Made by a program: the position numbers and the translations under genes. This document shows, in pieces, positions 1-10,928 of a DNA stretch of 64,000 bases. Location: positions 5,528 to 69,527 of the forward strand of contig BPHE01000009.1 in the NCBI GenBank assembly GCA_026003395.1, given 5' to 3'. Numbering within the stretch: position 1 is the first letter of the stretch; each line of letters opens with the position of its first letter. The stretch comes from Vicingaceae bacterium. GTDB taxonomy: Bacteria > Bacteroidota > Bacteroidia > Flavobacteriales_E > Vicingaceae. The notes beneath the pieces are model-generated. The model ran no database searches, had not been told where the DNA came from, and saw only the letters and a list, made by a program, of their open reading frames with translations.

Positions 1-386
1 AGAAGCATGCTTCTTAACAATTGACCTTGGTCATTGATTAACGAAAGATAAATTTTTTGGGTTGTTTTGGTTTGTTCGCTATAAAGGAGCAATTGATTTT
101 GGCGATACATGATTGCCGAATGAAAACGTAAAAAACCACCCGATTTATGCTCAAAAAGCGTGGTTTTACTATAGTGATTTTCTTTGTCTAATCCAATCAG
201 TTTGATAGTATTGTTGTCTTTGAACCAACAGTATAAATATTTTTCCGATTCGCCGGTAGATGTAAGAAAATTTCCGTCGGAATTTTCGTGAAGGTCGTCT
301 GAAAAATAAACGGAAGCTTTTTGAGCAGTTGTATAACCAGCAGCGAAAACAAATAAGACGATTAAAAACAGAGATTTAACTTGCAT
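1..386 (-). CDS. Hypothetical exported protein, partial (runs off the window edge)
   Basis: Hand-translated from ATG at 386: MQVKSLFLIVLFVFAAGYTTAQKASVYFSDD..., open to position 1. Signal-peptide-like N-terminus; overlaps the rlmN stop. Confidence 0.75.
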   Translation of the reverse strand, partial: MQVKSLFLIVLFVFAAGYTTAQKASVYFSDDLHENSDGNFLTSTGESEKYLYCWFKDNNTIKLIGLDKENHYSKTTLFEHKSGGFLRFHSAIMYRQNQLLLYSEQTKTTQKIYLSLINDQGQLLRSML

Positions 387-1431
387 GTTGTTTTACAGTT
401 TTTGCTGCCAGTTGACCGCAAGCAGCATCTATATCTTTGCCACGGCTCCGGCGGATTTTGGCGATTAAACCTTTGTTTTCAAGAAATTGTTGGAATTGTT
501 TGACTTTTTCAGGAGCGGGTTTTTCGAATCCTGTATCTTCTACGGGATTATATTCGATGATATTCACCATGCATGGGATGTTGGAAGCAAATCTCAATAG
601 TTTGCGGGCGTCTTCGGGAGAGTCGTTAAAATCTTTCAAAAGAAGATATTCCAATGTTATTTTATTTCCCGTTTTTTCGTAAAAATATCGTAAGGCATCA
701 CGTAACACCGACAAGTTGTTGTGTTCGTTTATGGGCATGATTTTGTTGCGTTTTTCGTCATCGGCTGCGTGGAGAGATAAGGCAAGGTTAAACTTTACAC
801 CGTCGTCTGCCATTTTTTTAATCATTTTGGCAATGCCGGCTGTTGACAAAGTAATTCTTTTTGCCGAAAAACCATACCCTTTGGGATGTGTCACAATTTC
901 GATGGCTTTTTTGACCTGCGAATAATTCAACAAAGGTTCTCCCATACCCATAAACACGATATTGGTTAAGGGAAGGCCATATGTTTCTTGTGCCAATTGG
1001 TTGATATGTCTGATTTGAAAAGCAATTTCGTAGTATTTCAATTGCCTGATGAGTCCCAATTGTCCGGTGGCGCAAAATTTACAAGTCAAACTACATCCTA
1101 CCTGTGAGGATACACAAGCAGTCATACGTTTGCCTGCAGGAATCAGCACCGCCTCAAAGAAACGGTTTTGTTGTGTTTGAAATGCCACTTTTATGGTGCC
1201 GTCGCTGCTTTTTTGACGGCTATATTCATGTAATGCAGGAATGAAAAAGTTTTCCGACAACAGATTTTTTAATTTTTTAGGTATATTGGTCATTTCATCG
1301 AAAGTGGAAGCATTTTTTTGCCAAATCCATTCCGAAATCTGTGATAAACGGAACCCCGGTTCTTTCCATTCATTGAAAAGATTAAGAAGTTCATCGTCTT
1401 TGGTATCCAAAAAATTTTTTTTATCGTTCAT
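376..1431 (-). CDS. rlmN: 23S rRNA (adenine2503-C2)-methyltransferase, radical SAM
   Basis: CVSSQVGCSLTCKFCATG (CxxxCxxC), MGMGEPL and C-terminal DIDAACGQL motifs. Confidence 0.97.
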   Translation of the reverse strand: MNDKKNFLDTKDDELLNLFNEWKEPGFRLSQISEWIWQKNASTFDEMTNIPKKLKNLLSENFFIPALHEYSRQKSSDGTIKVAFQTQQNRFFEAVLIPAGKRMTACVSSQVGCSLTCKFCATGQLGLIRQLKYYEIAFQIRHINQLAQETYGLPLTNIVFMGMGEPLLNYSQVKKAIEIVTHPKGYGFSAKRITLSTAGIAKMIKKMADDGVKFNLALSLHAADDEKRNKIMPINEHNNLSVLRDALRYFYEKTGNKITLEYLLLKDFNDSPEDARKLLRFASNIPCMVNIIEYNPVEDTGFEKPAPEKVKQFQQFLENKGLIAKIRRSRGKDIDAACGQLAAKTVKQHAS

Positions 1432-1739
1432 TGAGGTGCTAATTCAACTCCGTAAAATTAAACATTATCCAAAATCTTTGTTGTGAAACAGAATCTTACC
1501 TAATGTTACCGGGTAATTTTACAAAATATTTGCTGCTTTTAAGCAAAAAAATTTATTCATGCGAAATTCAGGAAAAACTTTTTCCAATTTGCAAAATTAA
1601 CCGGCATTAACAATTTGCTATGTTTAAATTTTACCGGCAAATAATTTTGGGTTTTCAATACTTTCACAAATTTTTGAATTTAATTACATGAAAATACTGT
1701 AATTTTGAAACACTTGAATTTTAAGAATATTTTTGGACC

Positions 1740-2468
1740 ATGAAAAAAATTTACTTTTTGACGTTATTCACAGGAATGATTTTATTTGCCGCCAGGGCAC
1801 AAAGTTCTTTTGATGTATTGGACCCAAACGGGGCGGTTATCAACAATGATACATTTACGATTACCGGACCTGCATCGGCATCGGTGATGGTGGAGCATTT
1901 TAAGTTGAAAAACAATAGCAGTTCAAAAAAATTTGTCAGTGTCAAAAGATATGAAATATCTGTGCAGCCAAACACACAAAATTATTTCTGCTGGTCGGTT
2001 TGTTATTTGCCTGTCAATGCCGGACAGTATCCATATTTTGAAGACAACGGTGTGATAGAAGTATTGTCCAACGCCGTTGAGGATACCACATTGGATTGTT
2101 ATTACAAACCTCAAAATGTAAATGGAAGCAGCTATTTCAGATATGTATTTTTTGACCGTCAAAATCCCGGCGACTCTGTGCAATTTTTTGTAAAATTTGC
2201 CACATGGGCAACAAATATACAGGATCAAAAAAACAATGGAATAACAATTTATCCAACCAATACAAACGGATCGATATTTATAGAAAACTCATTGGGGATA
2301 CGTCAGGTATTGATTTTTGACTTAACCGGAAAGATGGTTCATTCGCAAAATTTTTCTTATGAATCGAAAGTTAATCTAGACCTGACTCATCTTCCTTCAT
2401 CATTGTATTTTGTGAGAGTGATCGATGCCAATGGTACAGCCACTGCCCGAAAAATTGTGAAAAATTGA
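1740..2468 (+). CDS. Secreted protein with T9SS type A C-terminal sorting domain
   Basis: Signal peptide ending ARA-Q; C-terminus IYP...IFDLTGKMV...LYFVRV...RKIVKN. Confidence 0.85.
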   Translation: MKKIYFLTLFTGMILFAARAQSSFDVLDPNGAVINNDTFTITGPASASVMVEHFKLKNNSSSKKFVSVKRYEISVQPNTQNYFCWSVCYLPVNAGQYPYFEDNGVIEVLSNAVEDTTLDCYYKPQNVNGSSYFRYVFFDRQNPGDSVQFFVKFATWATNIQDQKNNGITIYPTNTNGSIFIENSLGIRQVLIFDLTGKMVHSQNFSYESKVNLDLTHLPSSLYFVRVIDANGTATARKIVKN

Positions 2469-2541
2469 TACTTTTTTTAAATGAATTGAAAATAGTGAAA
2501 GAGCGATTCTTTATGTAATATTTTTTTTCCGAATGGAAGGG

Positions 2542-3252
2542 CTATTTAAAATATTTTTTCAGGTATTTTTCTTCCAGTTCTTTTACTCCTTCAGTGGCTT
2601 TCTTGGCTATATGAATATGCGGCCTGAGTAATGGATATGAAACTTTTTCGGGATCTATTAAATAAATATCGGCTTGATCGGGCACATATTCCAGAAGTTG
2701 GGCTGCAGGATAAACTACCAGGGAAGTGCCTATAACTACAAAGAAATCACATTGCCGCACCTTTTCTATGGCATCATAAAATTTAGGCACAGGTTCGCCA
2801 AACCATACCACATAAGGTCTTAATTGACTGCCTTTTTCACAGGTGTCGCCTAAGTTTAATTGCCAACTTTTGATTGGGTATATCAAAGAAGGATCTACGG
2901 TACTTTGCGCTTTTCTGAGTTCTCCATGAAGGTGAAGAACTTTTGAGCTTCCTGCTCTTTCATGCAAATCATCGATATTTTGTGTGATAATTTCCAAATC
3001 GAAATGATTCTCCCATCCGGCAATTGCATAATGAGCCGCATTGGGTGAAGCTTCCAACAATTGTTTTCTACGCATATTGTAAAACTCAAGTACCAATGCG
3101 GGGTTTCTTTTCCATGCTTCATATGTGGCCACATCCTCAATTCGGTATTTATCCCAAAGTCCATTTTGACCTCTGAATGTGCTTAAACCACTTTCGGCAC
3201 TTATGCCGGCACCTGTAAAAACTATAAGTTTCTTTTTTTGAGAGTGTTTCAT
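2542..3252 (-). CDS. cobB: NAD-dependent protein deacylase (sirtuin, class III)
   Basis: TGAGISAESG, TQNIDDLHE, HLHGE, GTSLVVYPAA; FYNMRR (YxxR) desuccinylase-type motif. Confidence 0.93.
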   Translation of the reverse strand: MKHSQKKKLIVFTGAGISAESGLSTFRGQNGLWDKYRIEDVATYEAWKRNPALVLEFYNMRRKQLLEASPNAAHYAIAGWENHFDLEIITQNIDDLHERAGSSKVLHLHGELRKAQSTVDPSLIYPIKSWQLNLGDTCEKGSQLRPYVVWFGEPVPKFYDAIEKVRQCDFFVVIGTSLVVYPAAQLLEYVPDQADIYLIDPEKVSYPLLRPHIHIAKKATEGVKELEEKYLKKYFK

Positions 3253-3294
3253 GGCCTATTGAACTGAATAAACTTGTATCGCGAAGGCCTTTGT

Positions 3295-4074
3295 TTATTC
3301 ACCTTTGAAAACCGGTTTTCTTTTTTCCAGAAATGCTTTTACGCCCTCGTTGAAGTCATATGACTTGCCGGCCTCGTTTTGAAGCTCTTCTTCCAATTTG
3401 AGTTGTTGTGCAAGAGTATTGTTTATTGAGGCGTTAAGTGCTCTTTTGGTTAGTCCAAGGGCTTTTGTGGGCATTAGCGCCAATTTTTCGGCAAATTCTT
3501 GAACTTTTGTGAAAAAATGTTCGTCCTCAAAACTTCGGTAAATCATTCCTATTTTCTCGGCCTCTTCGGCAGATACATTCTCGGCGGTAAACATAAGTGC
3601 AGCAGCACGTTGCCATCCAACCAAACGGGGTAGAATGAAAGTGCCTCCGCTGTCAGGTATCAGTCCGATTTTCGAAAACGCTTGTATAAAAGAAGCAGAT
3701 TTTGCAGCCAATACAATATCACAAGCAAGGGCAATATTTGCACCGGCACCGGCAGCCACGCCATTTACGGCTGCTATGATGGGTTTTTCAATGGTTCTCA
3801 ATAATTCAATGATGGGATTATAATATTGGTTTACGATGCTTTTGATATCTATTTCTCCTGAAGTAGCCTCTGACAAGTCCTGTCCTGCACAAAATGCGCG
3901 CCCTTTTCCCGAGATAACGATACATCGCACTTCTTTGTTCTCTGCGGCCTCTTTCAAAGCATGTTGAAGTTTCAAAGCCAGGGGTTTGTTAACACTGTTG
4001 GCTTTTTCAGGACGATTCAAGTAGATCCAACATACTTGACCGGAAAATTCTACCAAAATTTCTTCCATAATCAA
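3295..4074 (-). CDS. paaG: Enoyl-CoA hydratase/isomerase, PaaG-like
   Basis: FCAGQDL, AAVNGVAAGAGANIALACD, IGLIPDSGG crotonase motifs. Confidence 0.8.
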   Translation of the reverse strand: MIMEEILVEFSGQVCWIYLNRPEKANSVNKPLALKLQHALKEAAENKEVRCIVISGKGRAFCAGQDLSEATSGEIDIKSIVNQYYNPIIELLRTIEKPIIAAVNGVAAGAGANIALACDIVLAAKSASFIQAFSKIGLIPDSGGTFILPRLVGWQRAAALMFTAENVSAEEAEKIGMIYRSFEDEHFFTKVQEFAEKLALMPTKALGLTKRALNASINNTLAQQLKLEEELQNEAGKSYDFNEGVKAFLEKRKPVFKGE

Positions 4075-4104
4075 CTTAAATTTTTTTGGGGTAAAGATAA
4101 AACT

Positions 4105-6141
4105 TTACCAAATTATAATTCTTTCTTGTGGCTTTTTTACCATTTTCCCCTCTTTACAATTGAATGCATCGGCAAATTCTTTGAGATTGCTCAATGGTCC
4201 AATGACACGATATCTTGAAGGGGCATGCGGATCAGTTTTTGCCAGCCGAATGTCTTCTTCTTTCGTGATGTTCATCTTCCAATTATTCGCCCAAGCCAAA
4301 AAGAATCTTTGTTGCCATGTAAACCCATCAATGACGGGTGGATCGATTTTTTCTTTTTCGTATTTCTTTTTCAGTGCTTCATAGGCTAAAATGACACCTC
4401 CGAGGTCGGCGATATTTTCGCCTACTGTAAGCGCTCCGTTCACATATACACTATCGGCTACAAGATATTGGTTAAATTGTTCGATCATGAGTTGTTTTTT
4501 GGCATCAAATTTTTCCCTGTCTTCTTTGGTCCACCAATTATTGAGGTTACCGTCTCCGTCAAACTGCGAGCCTATATCGTCGAAACCATGTGTGAATTCG
4601 TGGCCGATAACAGTGCCAATGCCTCCGAAATTTAAAGCATCATCGGCATCAGGGTCGAAAAATGGAGGTTGAAGTATGCCGGCAGGAAAAGTAATGTCAT
4701 TATAATTTGTGTTATAAAATGCATTAATGACATGAGGGGATGCATTCCATTCATTAACATCGACCGGTTTGCCGATTTTTCCGGTGTAATAATGATGTTC
4801 GTGAATATTGATATTCATAATGTTTTTTAACAACGAATCAGGGTATATTTCCAGTTTGGAATAATCTCTCCAACGGTCAGGATAACCGATTTTGGTCCGG
4901 AACTTCGATAACTTTTCGATGGCTTTGGCTTTCGTGGCATCGCTCATCCAATCAAGTTGCATGATACGCTCCTTGAACACCTCACGGATGAGCTCTACCA
5001 TATTCAAAACATATTGTTTTGAAGATTCCGGAAAATACCTTTCGACATACAGCCTTCCAACCGGTTGTCCCAATAGGTTATTCAGCCAATTGATCACTCT
5101 GTCTTCGCGGGGTTTCATTTGATTAATGCCAGACAATGTTTTTTGATACATGGCAAAGTTTGCTTGTTCAAAATCAGATGACAAATAAGGGGCAAAATGG
5201 TTGAGGAGGGTAAATTGCAAAAATACTGCCCATTGTTGTGGAGTGTATTTTTTCAACAATTTGTCCAATTTTTTGAAATAATCGTTGCTGATTGAAATGA
5301 TGGTGTCGGGGTTTTTCATTTGCAATCCTCTGAAATATTCTTCCCACAAAAAATTTTGATAGGGCTTGACGAAAGAGTTAAAATCTTGTTTTTTCAAACT
5401 ATCTGTAAAGGAATTTCTAAGTTGTGTGCGGTCTAATGAAATTTGTGCCAAATCTTTTTCGATTTTAAGCACAAGATCTTTTAGTCCGTCGGCTGTTTGT
5501 TCGTCTTTTTTCCACAAGCGGAAAATTTGGGTTATGTATTGCTCGTATGCAAACAGTATGTTCTTGCCTCTCTCGTTGTCGGGAAAATAAAATGTTTTGT
5601 CGGGCAGGCCCAAACTCCCTTGAAATAGATAAATACCATATATTTTGCTGTTTTTGGCATCAGGTTCGACAAAACCCGATACGCAAGCACCGGTATATAA
5701 ACCCGCTTCTCCTATGAGATAGGATAAATCTTTGTATGTGTTTGCATTGGAAAATTTGTTGAGTAGAGGGATAAGAGGAGTGATACCTAATTGATCGACT
5801 TTTTGAGAGTCCATGGCCGAGAGGTAAAAATCTCTGACGACTTGTTCGGTCGAACCTTTGGTGTATTGTTTGGACCGGAGCTCTTTCAAAATAGTTTTAA
5901 TTTTTTTGTTGTTTTCTTCTTTCAGAATGTTGAAGCTGCTCCAACGGGCTTCTGTCGGTGGAATAGGGTTATTTTTGATCCATCCTCCAACGGCAAATTG
6001 GTAAAAATTGTCGCAAGGATCGGCACTTCTATCCAATTGTGTTGTATCATATCCCTTTTTAATTGCCTCTGTAGTGTTTTTTTCATCGTTTTTGCAGGCA
6101 AGAATTGATAACAAAATGGCAATAATAAAGTATTTTTTCAT
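4105..6141 (-). CDS. pepO: M13 family metallo-endopeptidase (PepO/neprilysin-like), lipoprotein
   Basis: Lipobox ILAC; PCDNFYQFA, VINAFY, GHEFTHGFD (HExxH), GENIADLGG. Confidence 0.92.
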   Translation of the reverse strand: MKKYFIIAILLSILACKNDEKNTTEAIKKGYDTTQLDRSADPCDNFYQFAVGGWIKNNPIPPTEARWSSFNILKEENNKKIKTILKELRSKQYTKGSTEQVVRDFYLSAMDSQKVDQLGITPLIPLLNKFSNANTYKDLSYLIGEAGLYTGACVSGFVEPDAKNSKIYGIYLFQGSLGLPDKTFYFPDNERGKNILFAYEQYITQIFRLWKKDEQTADGLKDLVLKIEKDLAQISLDRTQLRNSFTDSLKKQDFNSFVKPYQNFLWEEYFRGLQMKNPDTIISISNDYFKKLDKLLKKYTPQQWAVFLQFTLLNHFAPYLSSDFEQANFAMYQKTLSGINQMKPREDRVINWLNNLLGQPVGRLYVERYFPESSKQYVLNMVELIREVFKERIMQLDWMSDATKAKAIEKLSKFRTKIGYPDRWRDYSKLEIYPDSLLKNIMNINIHEHHYYTGKIGKPVDVNEWNASPHVINAFYNTNYNDITFPAGILQPPFFDPDADDALNFGGIGTVIGHEFTHGFDDIGSQFDGDGNLNNWWTKEDREKFDAKKQLMIEQFNQYLVADSVYVNGALTVGENIADLGGVILAYEALKKKYEKEKIDPPVIDGFTWQQRFFLAWANNWKMNITKEEDIRLAKTDPHAPSRYRVIGPLSNLKEFADAFNCKEGKMVKKPQERIIIW

Positions 6142-6458
6142 CTTGAAAAGTTTGCATAAAAATAATACAATTTTTAAAATTTAAAGAAATATAGCAGCGA
6201 CATTTAAATTTTTTAGTATGTGAATGACTAAACTTTTTTATTTTTTAATAGTTCCCAAGATTTGTTAAAACAACGATATTCTGCCGGATGTGTCTTTAAT
6301 TTGTGAGAGCAAACGACTTTAAATTTAATGTCAAATCATTTAAAACATATTGTTTAAAATGCATAATGATAAAAATAAAAAATTTGAAAAATTGCATTTG
6401 CAAAATTTTTATAGAAAAAATTTGAAAATAAAATAACTTCGCTGCAAAATTGCAATGC

Positions 6459-8213
6459 ATGAAAACAAAATTCAGAACACACAATTGCGGGGAATTAACA
6501 TTACAGAATGCAGGACAAGAAGTTGTTTTGTGTGGTTGGGTGCAAAGGGTGAGAAATCTTGGGGGAATGACCTTCATCGATCTACGAGACCGTTATGGAA
6601 TCACACAATTGACATTCAACGATCAAATAAACGAACAATTACGGTCCAAAGCAGCCGGGCTTGGCAGGGAATATGTCATCACTGTGAAGGGCAAGGTGGT
6701 GGAGCGTGAAAACAAAAATCCGAAAAACCCAACAGGAGAAATAGAAATTTTGGTGAATGAATTAAACATTTTGAATCCATCGGAGATCCCTCCCTTTACC
6801 ATTGAAGATGAAACCGATGGAGGAGAAGAATTAAGAATGAAATACCGTTATTTGGATCTTCGCCGCAACCCTGTAAAAAACAATTTAATTTTGCGTCACC
6901 TTCTTGCATTAGAAACGAGAAAATATCTTGATTCACTTAATTTTTTAGAAATCGAAACACCATTTTTGATTAAATCCACGCCCGAAGGTGCAAGAGATTT
7001 TATCGTTCCGAGCAGAATGCATCCGGGTCAATTTTATGCTTTACCACAATCACCGCAAACTTTTAAACAATTGCTGATGGTGGCCGGGTATGACCGCTAT
7101 TTTCAAATTGTAAGATGTTTTAGGGATGAAGATTTAAGATCGGACAGACAACCTGAGTTTACACAGATCGATTGCGAAATGGCATTTGTAGATCAACAAG
7201 ATGTGATGCAAACGTTCGAAGGTTTGATAAGGCATTTGTTTAAAAGTGTAAAAGGAATTGATCTTCCGGCATTTAAAGTGTTGACCTATGATGAGGCAAT
7301 GAATAAATACGGCAGTGATAAGCCCGATTTGAGATTTGGAATGACTCTTAAAGATATCACACATTTGGCAAAAGGTAAAGGATTTAAGGTTTTTGATGAA
7401 GCGGAGTGTGTCATGGGTATATGTGTTACAGGAAAAGCAAGTTATTCAAGGAAACAGTTGGATGAATGGACCGAATTTGTCAAAAAACCGCAGGTGGGTG
7501 CCAAAGGATTGGTGTATGTAAAGTGTGAAGACAATGGGTATAAATCAAGTGTCGATAAGTTCTACTCTCCTGACGATTTACAATCATGGGCTGATGCCAT
7601 GCAAGCCAATAAAGGAGATTTGTTGTTGATACTTTCCGGTGAGAGAAACAAGGTAATCAAACAATTGGGAATATTACGCAAGGAGGTAGCTTTGAAAGAG
7701 AAGATGATCGACGAAAACAAATTTGAGTGTTTGTGGGTGATTGATTTTCCTTTGTTTGAATATGATGAAGAAGAAAAAAGATGGGTGAGTATGCATCATC
7801 CCTTTACTTCTCCAAAAATAGATAACTTGAAAGATCTTGATACCGGTGATCTCTCTTCAATCAAAGCCAAGGCCTATGATATGGTCATCAATGGAGTGGA
7901 AGTAGGCGGAGGTTCGATAAGAATTCACAATAAAGAATTGCAAAGGAAGATATTTTCAATTTTAGGATTGACCGATCAGGAAGCCGACGAAAAATTCGGT
8001 TTTCTAATGAATGCATTTCAATATGGCGCTCCGCCGCATGGTGGCATTGCCTTTGGGTTTGATCGTCTCTGTGCCGTAATTTCCGGTGAAGACAGCATAC
8101 GTGATTTTATAGCTTTTCCAAAAAACAATTCGGGCAGGGATGTCATGATCGATGCTCCTTCTGCAGTTTCTCCACAACAGTTAAAAGAATTGCACCTGAA
8201 AGTAGATGCATAA
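6459..8213 (+). CDS. aspS: Aspartate--tRNA ligase
   Basis: [44 protein letters not shown]; start placed at ATG 6459. Confidence 0.98.
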   Translation: MKTKFRTHNCGELTLQNAGQEVVLCGWVQRVRNLGGMTFIDLRDRYGITQLTFNDQINEQLRSKAAGLGREYVITVKGKVVERENKNPKNPTGEIEILVNELNILNPSEIPPFTIEDETDGGEELRMKYRYLDLRRNPVKNNLILRHLLALETRKYLDSLNFLEIETPFLIKSTPEGARDFIVPSRMHPGQFYALPQSPQTFKQLLMVAGYDRYFQIVRCFRDEDLRSDRQPEFTQIDCEMAFVDQQDVMQTFEGLIRHLFKSVKGIDLPAFKVLTYDEAMNKYGSDKPDLRFGMTLKDITHLAKGKGFKVFDEAECVMGICVTGKASYSRKQLDEWTEFVKKPQVGAKGLVYVKCEDNGYKSSVDKFYSPDDLQSWADAMQANKGDLLLILSGERNKVIKQLGILRKEVALKEKMIDENKFECLWVIDFPLFEYDEEEKRWVSMHHPFTSPKIDNLKDLDTGDLSSIKAKAYDMVINGVEVGGGSIRIHNKELQRKIFSILGLTDQEADEKFGFLMNAFQYGAPPHGGIAFGFDRLCAVISGEDSIRDFIAFPKNNSGRDVMIDAPSAVSPQQLKELHLKVDA

Positions 8214-8216
8214 TAT

Positions 8217-10115
8217 ATGCTGTTAAAACATCTGTGGGCAAAGTACGGAAAGCCCATTAAAATATTTCTCTTCACGTTGATGATATTTTTAGCAGCAATT
8301 TTTATCTTTAAAGATTCTATTTTTCATTGGAGCATCAACATTATTCTTGCAAAAATTGAAAATAAAACAAATGTACATATCCGGCTATTTAATCCTGTTT
8401 TACACGGAATCAACGGCGTGCAAATAGATAGTTTGGAGATTGTTTACCCCGGAAAAAATTTAAAATTAAACTTATATCAATGGGAAAGCCAACACTCGTT
8501 TTTGAATCCGTTAAAATTAAAGAGGCTGAAGATTGACTCGGTTGCATTTCATAGCGATACTGTCGACAATAACAATTTGACCGTTTCGAAGGCGGATTCT
8601 GCAAAGAAAGGGTCATTTTTTCAACGGTTACCCGAATGGTTAGAGATTTTACCGGATAATATTTATATCGGGTCGGTGAAATTTAACACCAACCAGCCGT
8701 TGAATCTGAGTTTAAATATCTATGATTTGAAAAAGGCCGAAAATTTTTATTCGGCACGTTTACAGTCATCAAATTATGAGGTATCGTTAGAGGGGAATCT
8801 ATGGAGAAAATTTAAGGGGATTCAACTGGATTTTTTGTTGAAAGATGCCCAACAATACAGACCATTGAAGATGCCTTTGTTTGAAGATTTAATTTTAGTA
8901 TTTGACTCCATAAAATCGCAAATTCATCTCGGCATGTCGAATGATGATTATATTGACATAAAATTTGATGCCTATAAAACAAATTTGTATCACCACAAGA
9001 TTGCTGACGATACTGTCAGATTCAACCATATTCATATGAAATTGAAAATGAAAAAAGACAAGAATACGCTCTATACAACACAGCATCATGTGATAAATTT
9101 TGACAATCTATTCATGAATCTTTTTTTAAATCTTGATTTTTCGGAAAAAAGCATTGAATTTATTTTGGAATACCCTAATAAAGATGCCAAAACTTTTTTT
9201 GCATCACTCAATCCACAATTGTTTCCAAATCTTCACAAGTTTGATGTACAAGGCAATCTATACATGAAAATGGCTTTGGGTTATAATCAAAAATTTCCGG
9301 ACAGTTCTTATGTAGATTTTCAATTTTCACCCAAGAATTTTAAAATCTTGAATGATGGCGGATTAAATATTTCCAAGGTTAATCAAGGTTTTATGCACAG
9401 GGTGAAAAATGAAAGAGATTCACTGTCTTTTTGGGTTGGACCTGAAAATCCAGATTTTACGCCGTTAAGCAAAATCACACCGTTTTTGATATATGCTGTA
9501 TTGACCTCGGAAGATGCAGCATTTTTCAGACACAAAGGCATCTTGCCTTCCGCCCTTACGAGTTCGCTCAGGGATAATTTAAAAAAAGGCCGTTTTGCAC
9601 GAGGTGGCAGCACAATCAGTATGCAATTGGTGAAAAATTTGTTTTTACACAGAAAAAAAACCATTTCCAGGAAAATGGAAGAACTCATCTTGACATCCAT
9701 CATCGAACAAATGCATCTTATCAGTAAGGAAAGAATGCTCGAGATATACTTCAACATCATAGAGTGGGGACCCGGAATATATGGTATCAATCAAGCCGGT
9801 CGATTTTACTTTGACAAACAACCTAAAGAACTCGACTTGAATGAAGCCATATTCCTGGCAATGATTATTCCTGCTCCATCAAAATTTTATTATTTTCTTG
9901 ATCCAAAAGGGCAGGTAAAAGCATCCTGTGAAAATTATTTTAAAATTGTGGCAGGACATATGTTAAAAAGAAACCAAATTGACACGGTCGTCTATCAAAC
10001 GGTTGCCCCATCTTCTTTGGTCTTTTCGTCTCAAGTGAAAAAAATGTTGAATGTAGCTTATCCATCTGCAGATACTCTGCAAGAACCAATCATTCTTTTT
10101 GATTCGGAAGAATGA
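8217..10115 (+). CDS. Membrane-anchored GT51 transglycosylase-domain protein (no transpeptidase domain)
   Basis: N-terminal TM; C-terminal SEDAAFFRHKG, GGSTISMQLVKN, RKMEE, LEIYFNIIEWG motifs. Confidence 0.88.
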   Translation: MLLKHLWAKYGKPIKIFLFTLMIFLAAIFIFKDSIFHWSINIILAKIENKTNVHIRLFNPVLHGINGVQIDSLEIVYPGKNLKLNLYQWESQHSFLNPLKLKRLKIDSVAFHSDTVDNNNLTVSKADSAKKGSFFQRLPEWLEILPDNIYIGSVKFNTNQPLNLSLNIYDLKKAENFYSARLQSSNYEVSLEGNLWRKFKGIQLDFLLKDAQQYRPLKMPLFEDLILVFDSIKSQIHLGMSNDDYIDIKFDAYKTNLYHHKIADDTVRFNHIHMKLKMKKDKNTLYTTQHHVINFDNLFMNLFLNLDFSEKSIEFILEYPNKDAKTFFASLNPQLFPNLHKFDVQGNLYMKMALGYNQKFPDSSYVDFQFSPKNFKILNDGGLNISKVNQGFMHRVKNERDSLSFWVGPENPDFTPLSKITPFLIYAVLTSEDAAFFRHKGILPSALTSSLRDNLKKGRFARGGSTISMQLVKNLFLHRKKTISRKMEELILTSIIEQMHLISKERMLEIYFNIIEWGPGIYGINQAGRFYFDKQPKELDLNEAIFLAMIIPAPSKFYYFLDPKGQVKASCENYFKIVAGHMLKRNQIDTVVYQTVAPSSLVFSSQVKKMLNVAYPSADTLQEPIILFDSEE

Positions 10116-10191
10116 TTTGACATTTTCCAAGATAAGTTAATAAAGATATACGCAGTTTGAAAAAATAGGTAACCCGGAGTATAAACAATTA

Positions 10192-10854
10192 TTAATTTTT
10201 TTCTTCACTTGTATGATCAATATTTTTTGGGGTTCCGTTGATGGCGCGATCAATGTATGGGAAATACTTTTTATGATTGATGATAAGAAGGAAAATACCC
10301 GTGGTAATAGAAGCATCGGCAAAATTAAAAACAGGTTGAAAAAACACAAAGTATTCACCCCCCCAAAACGGAATCCAATCAGGAAGGTAACCTTCCCAAA
10401 GAGGAAAATAAAACATGTCAACTACACGTCCAAAAAGAAAAGGGGCATATCCGCCGTCTTGAGGTAAAAATTCGGCCACACGTCCGTAGCTGTCGCTAAA
10501 AATCAGACCATAAAACAAGCTGTCAATAATATTGCCGATGGCGCCTCCTAAAATCAATCCTGAGGAAACAACCAGACCTAAGGGGGGATTTAATTTTTTT
10601 ATTTTCAAAACATAGTAGGTGATAAATCCTACGGCAACGATTCTAAAAATACTCAGAATCAGTTTGCCAATATTACCACCAAACTCATACCCAAAAGCCA
10701 TTCCAAAATTTTCGGTAAAATGAATGATAAACCAATCGGTAATCACATATTCTTGTCCCAGGTACATATGGGTTTTTACCCAAATTTTTATGGCTTGATC
10801 GATGATCAAAACCAACAGCATATAGAAAAAAGGATGAAACAATTTATTTTTCAT
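10192..10854 (-). CDS. lspA: Lipoprotein signal peptidase II
   Basis: IDQAIK, ENFGMAFG, GAIGNIID, VVDMFYF, VFNFADASI. Confidence 0.95.
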   Translation of the reverse strand: MKNKLFHPFFYMLLVLIIDQAIKIWVKTHMYLGQEYVITDWFIIHFTENFGMAFGYEFGGNIGKLILSIFRIVAVGFITYYVLKIKKLNPPLGLVVSSGLILGGAIGNIIDSLFYGLIFSDSYGRVAEFLPQDGGYAPFLFGRVVDMFYFPLWEGYLPDWIPFWGGEYFVFFQPVFNFADASITTGIFLLIINHKKYFPYIDRAINGTPKNIDHTSEEKN

Positions 10855-10878
10855 GTTATTATATCCTTACAATTAAAA

Positions 10879-10911
10879 GCAAAAACCAATGGGTAGTCCA
10901 TTGGTTTTTGC
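10879..10911 (-). terminator. Intrinsic terminator hairpin between the dksA-like gene and lspA
   Basis: GCAAAAACCAATGG-gtagt-CCATTGGTTTTTGC perfect 14-bp stem, followed by TTTTAATT on the minus strand. Confidence 0.75.
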
Positions 10912-10928
10912 CAGCTATTTGACCATGA

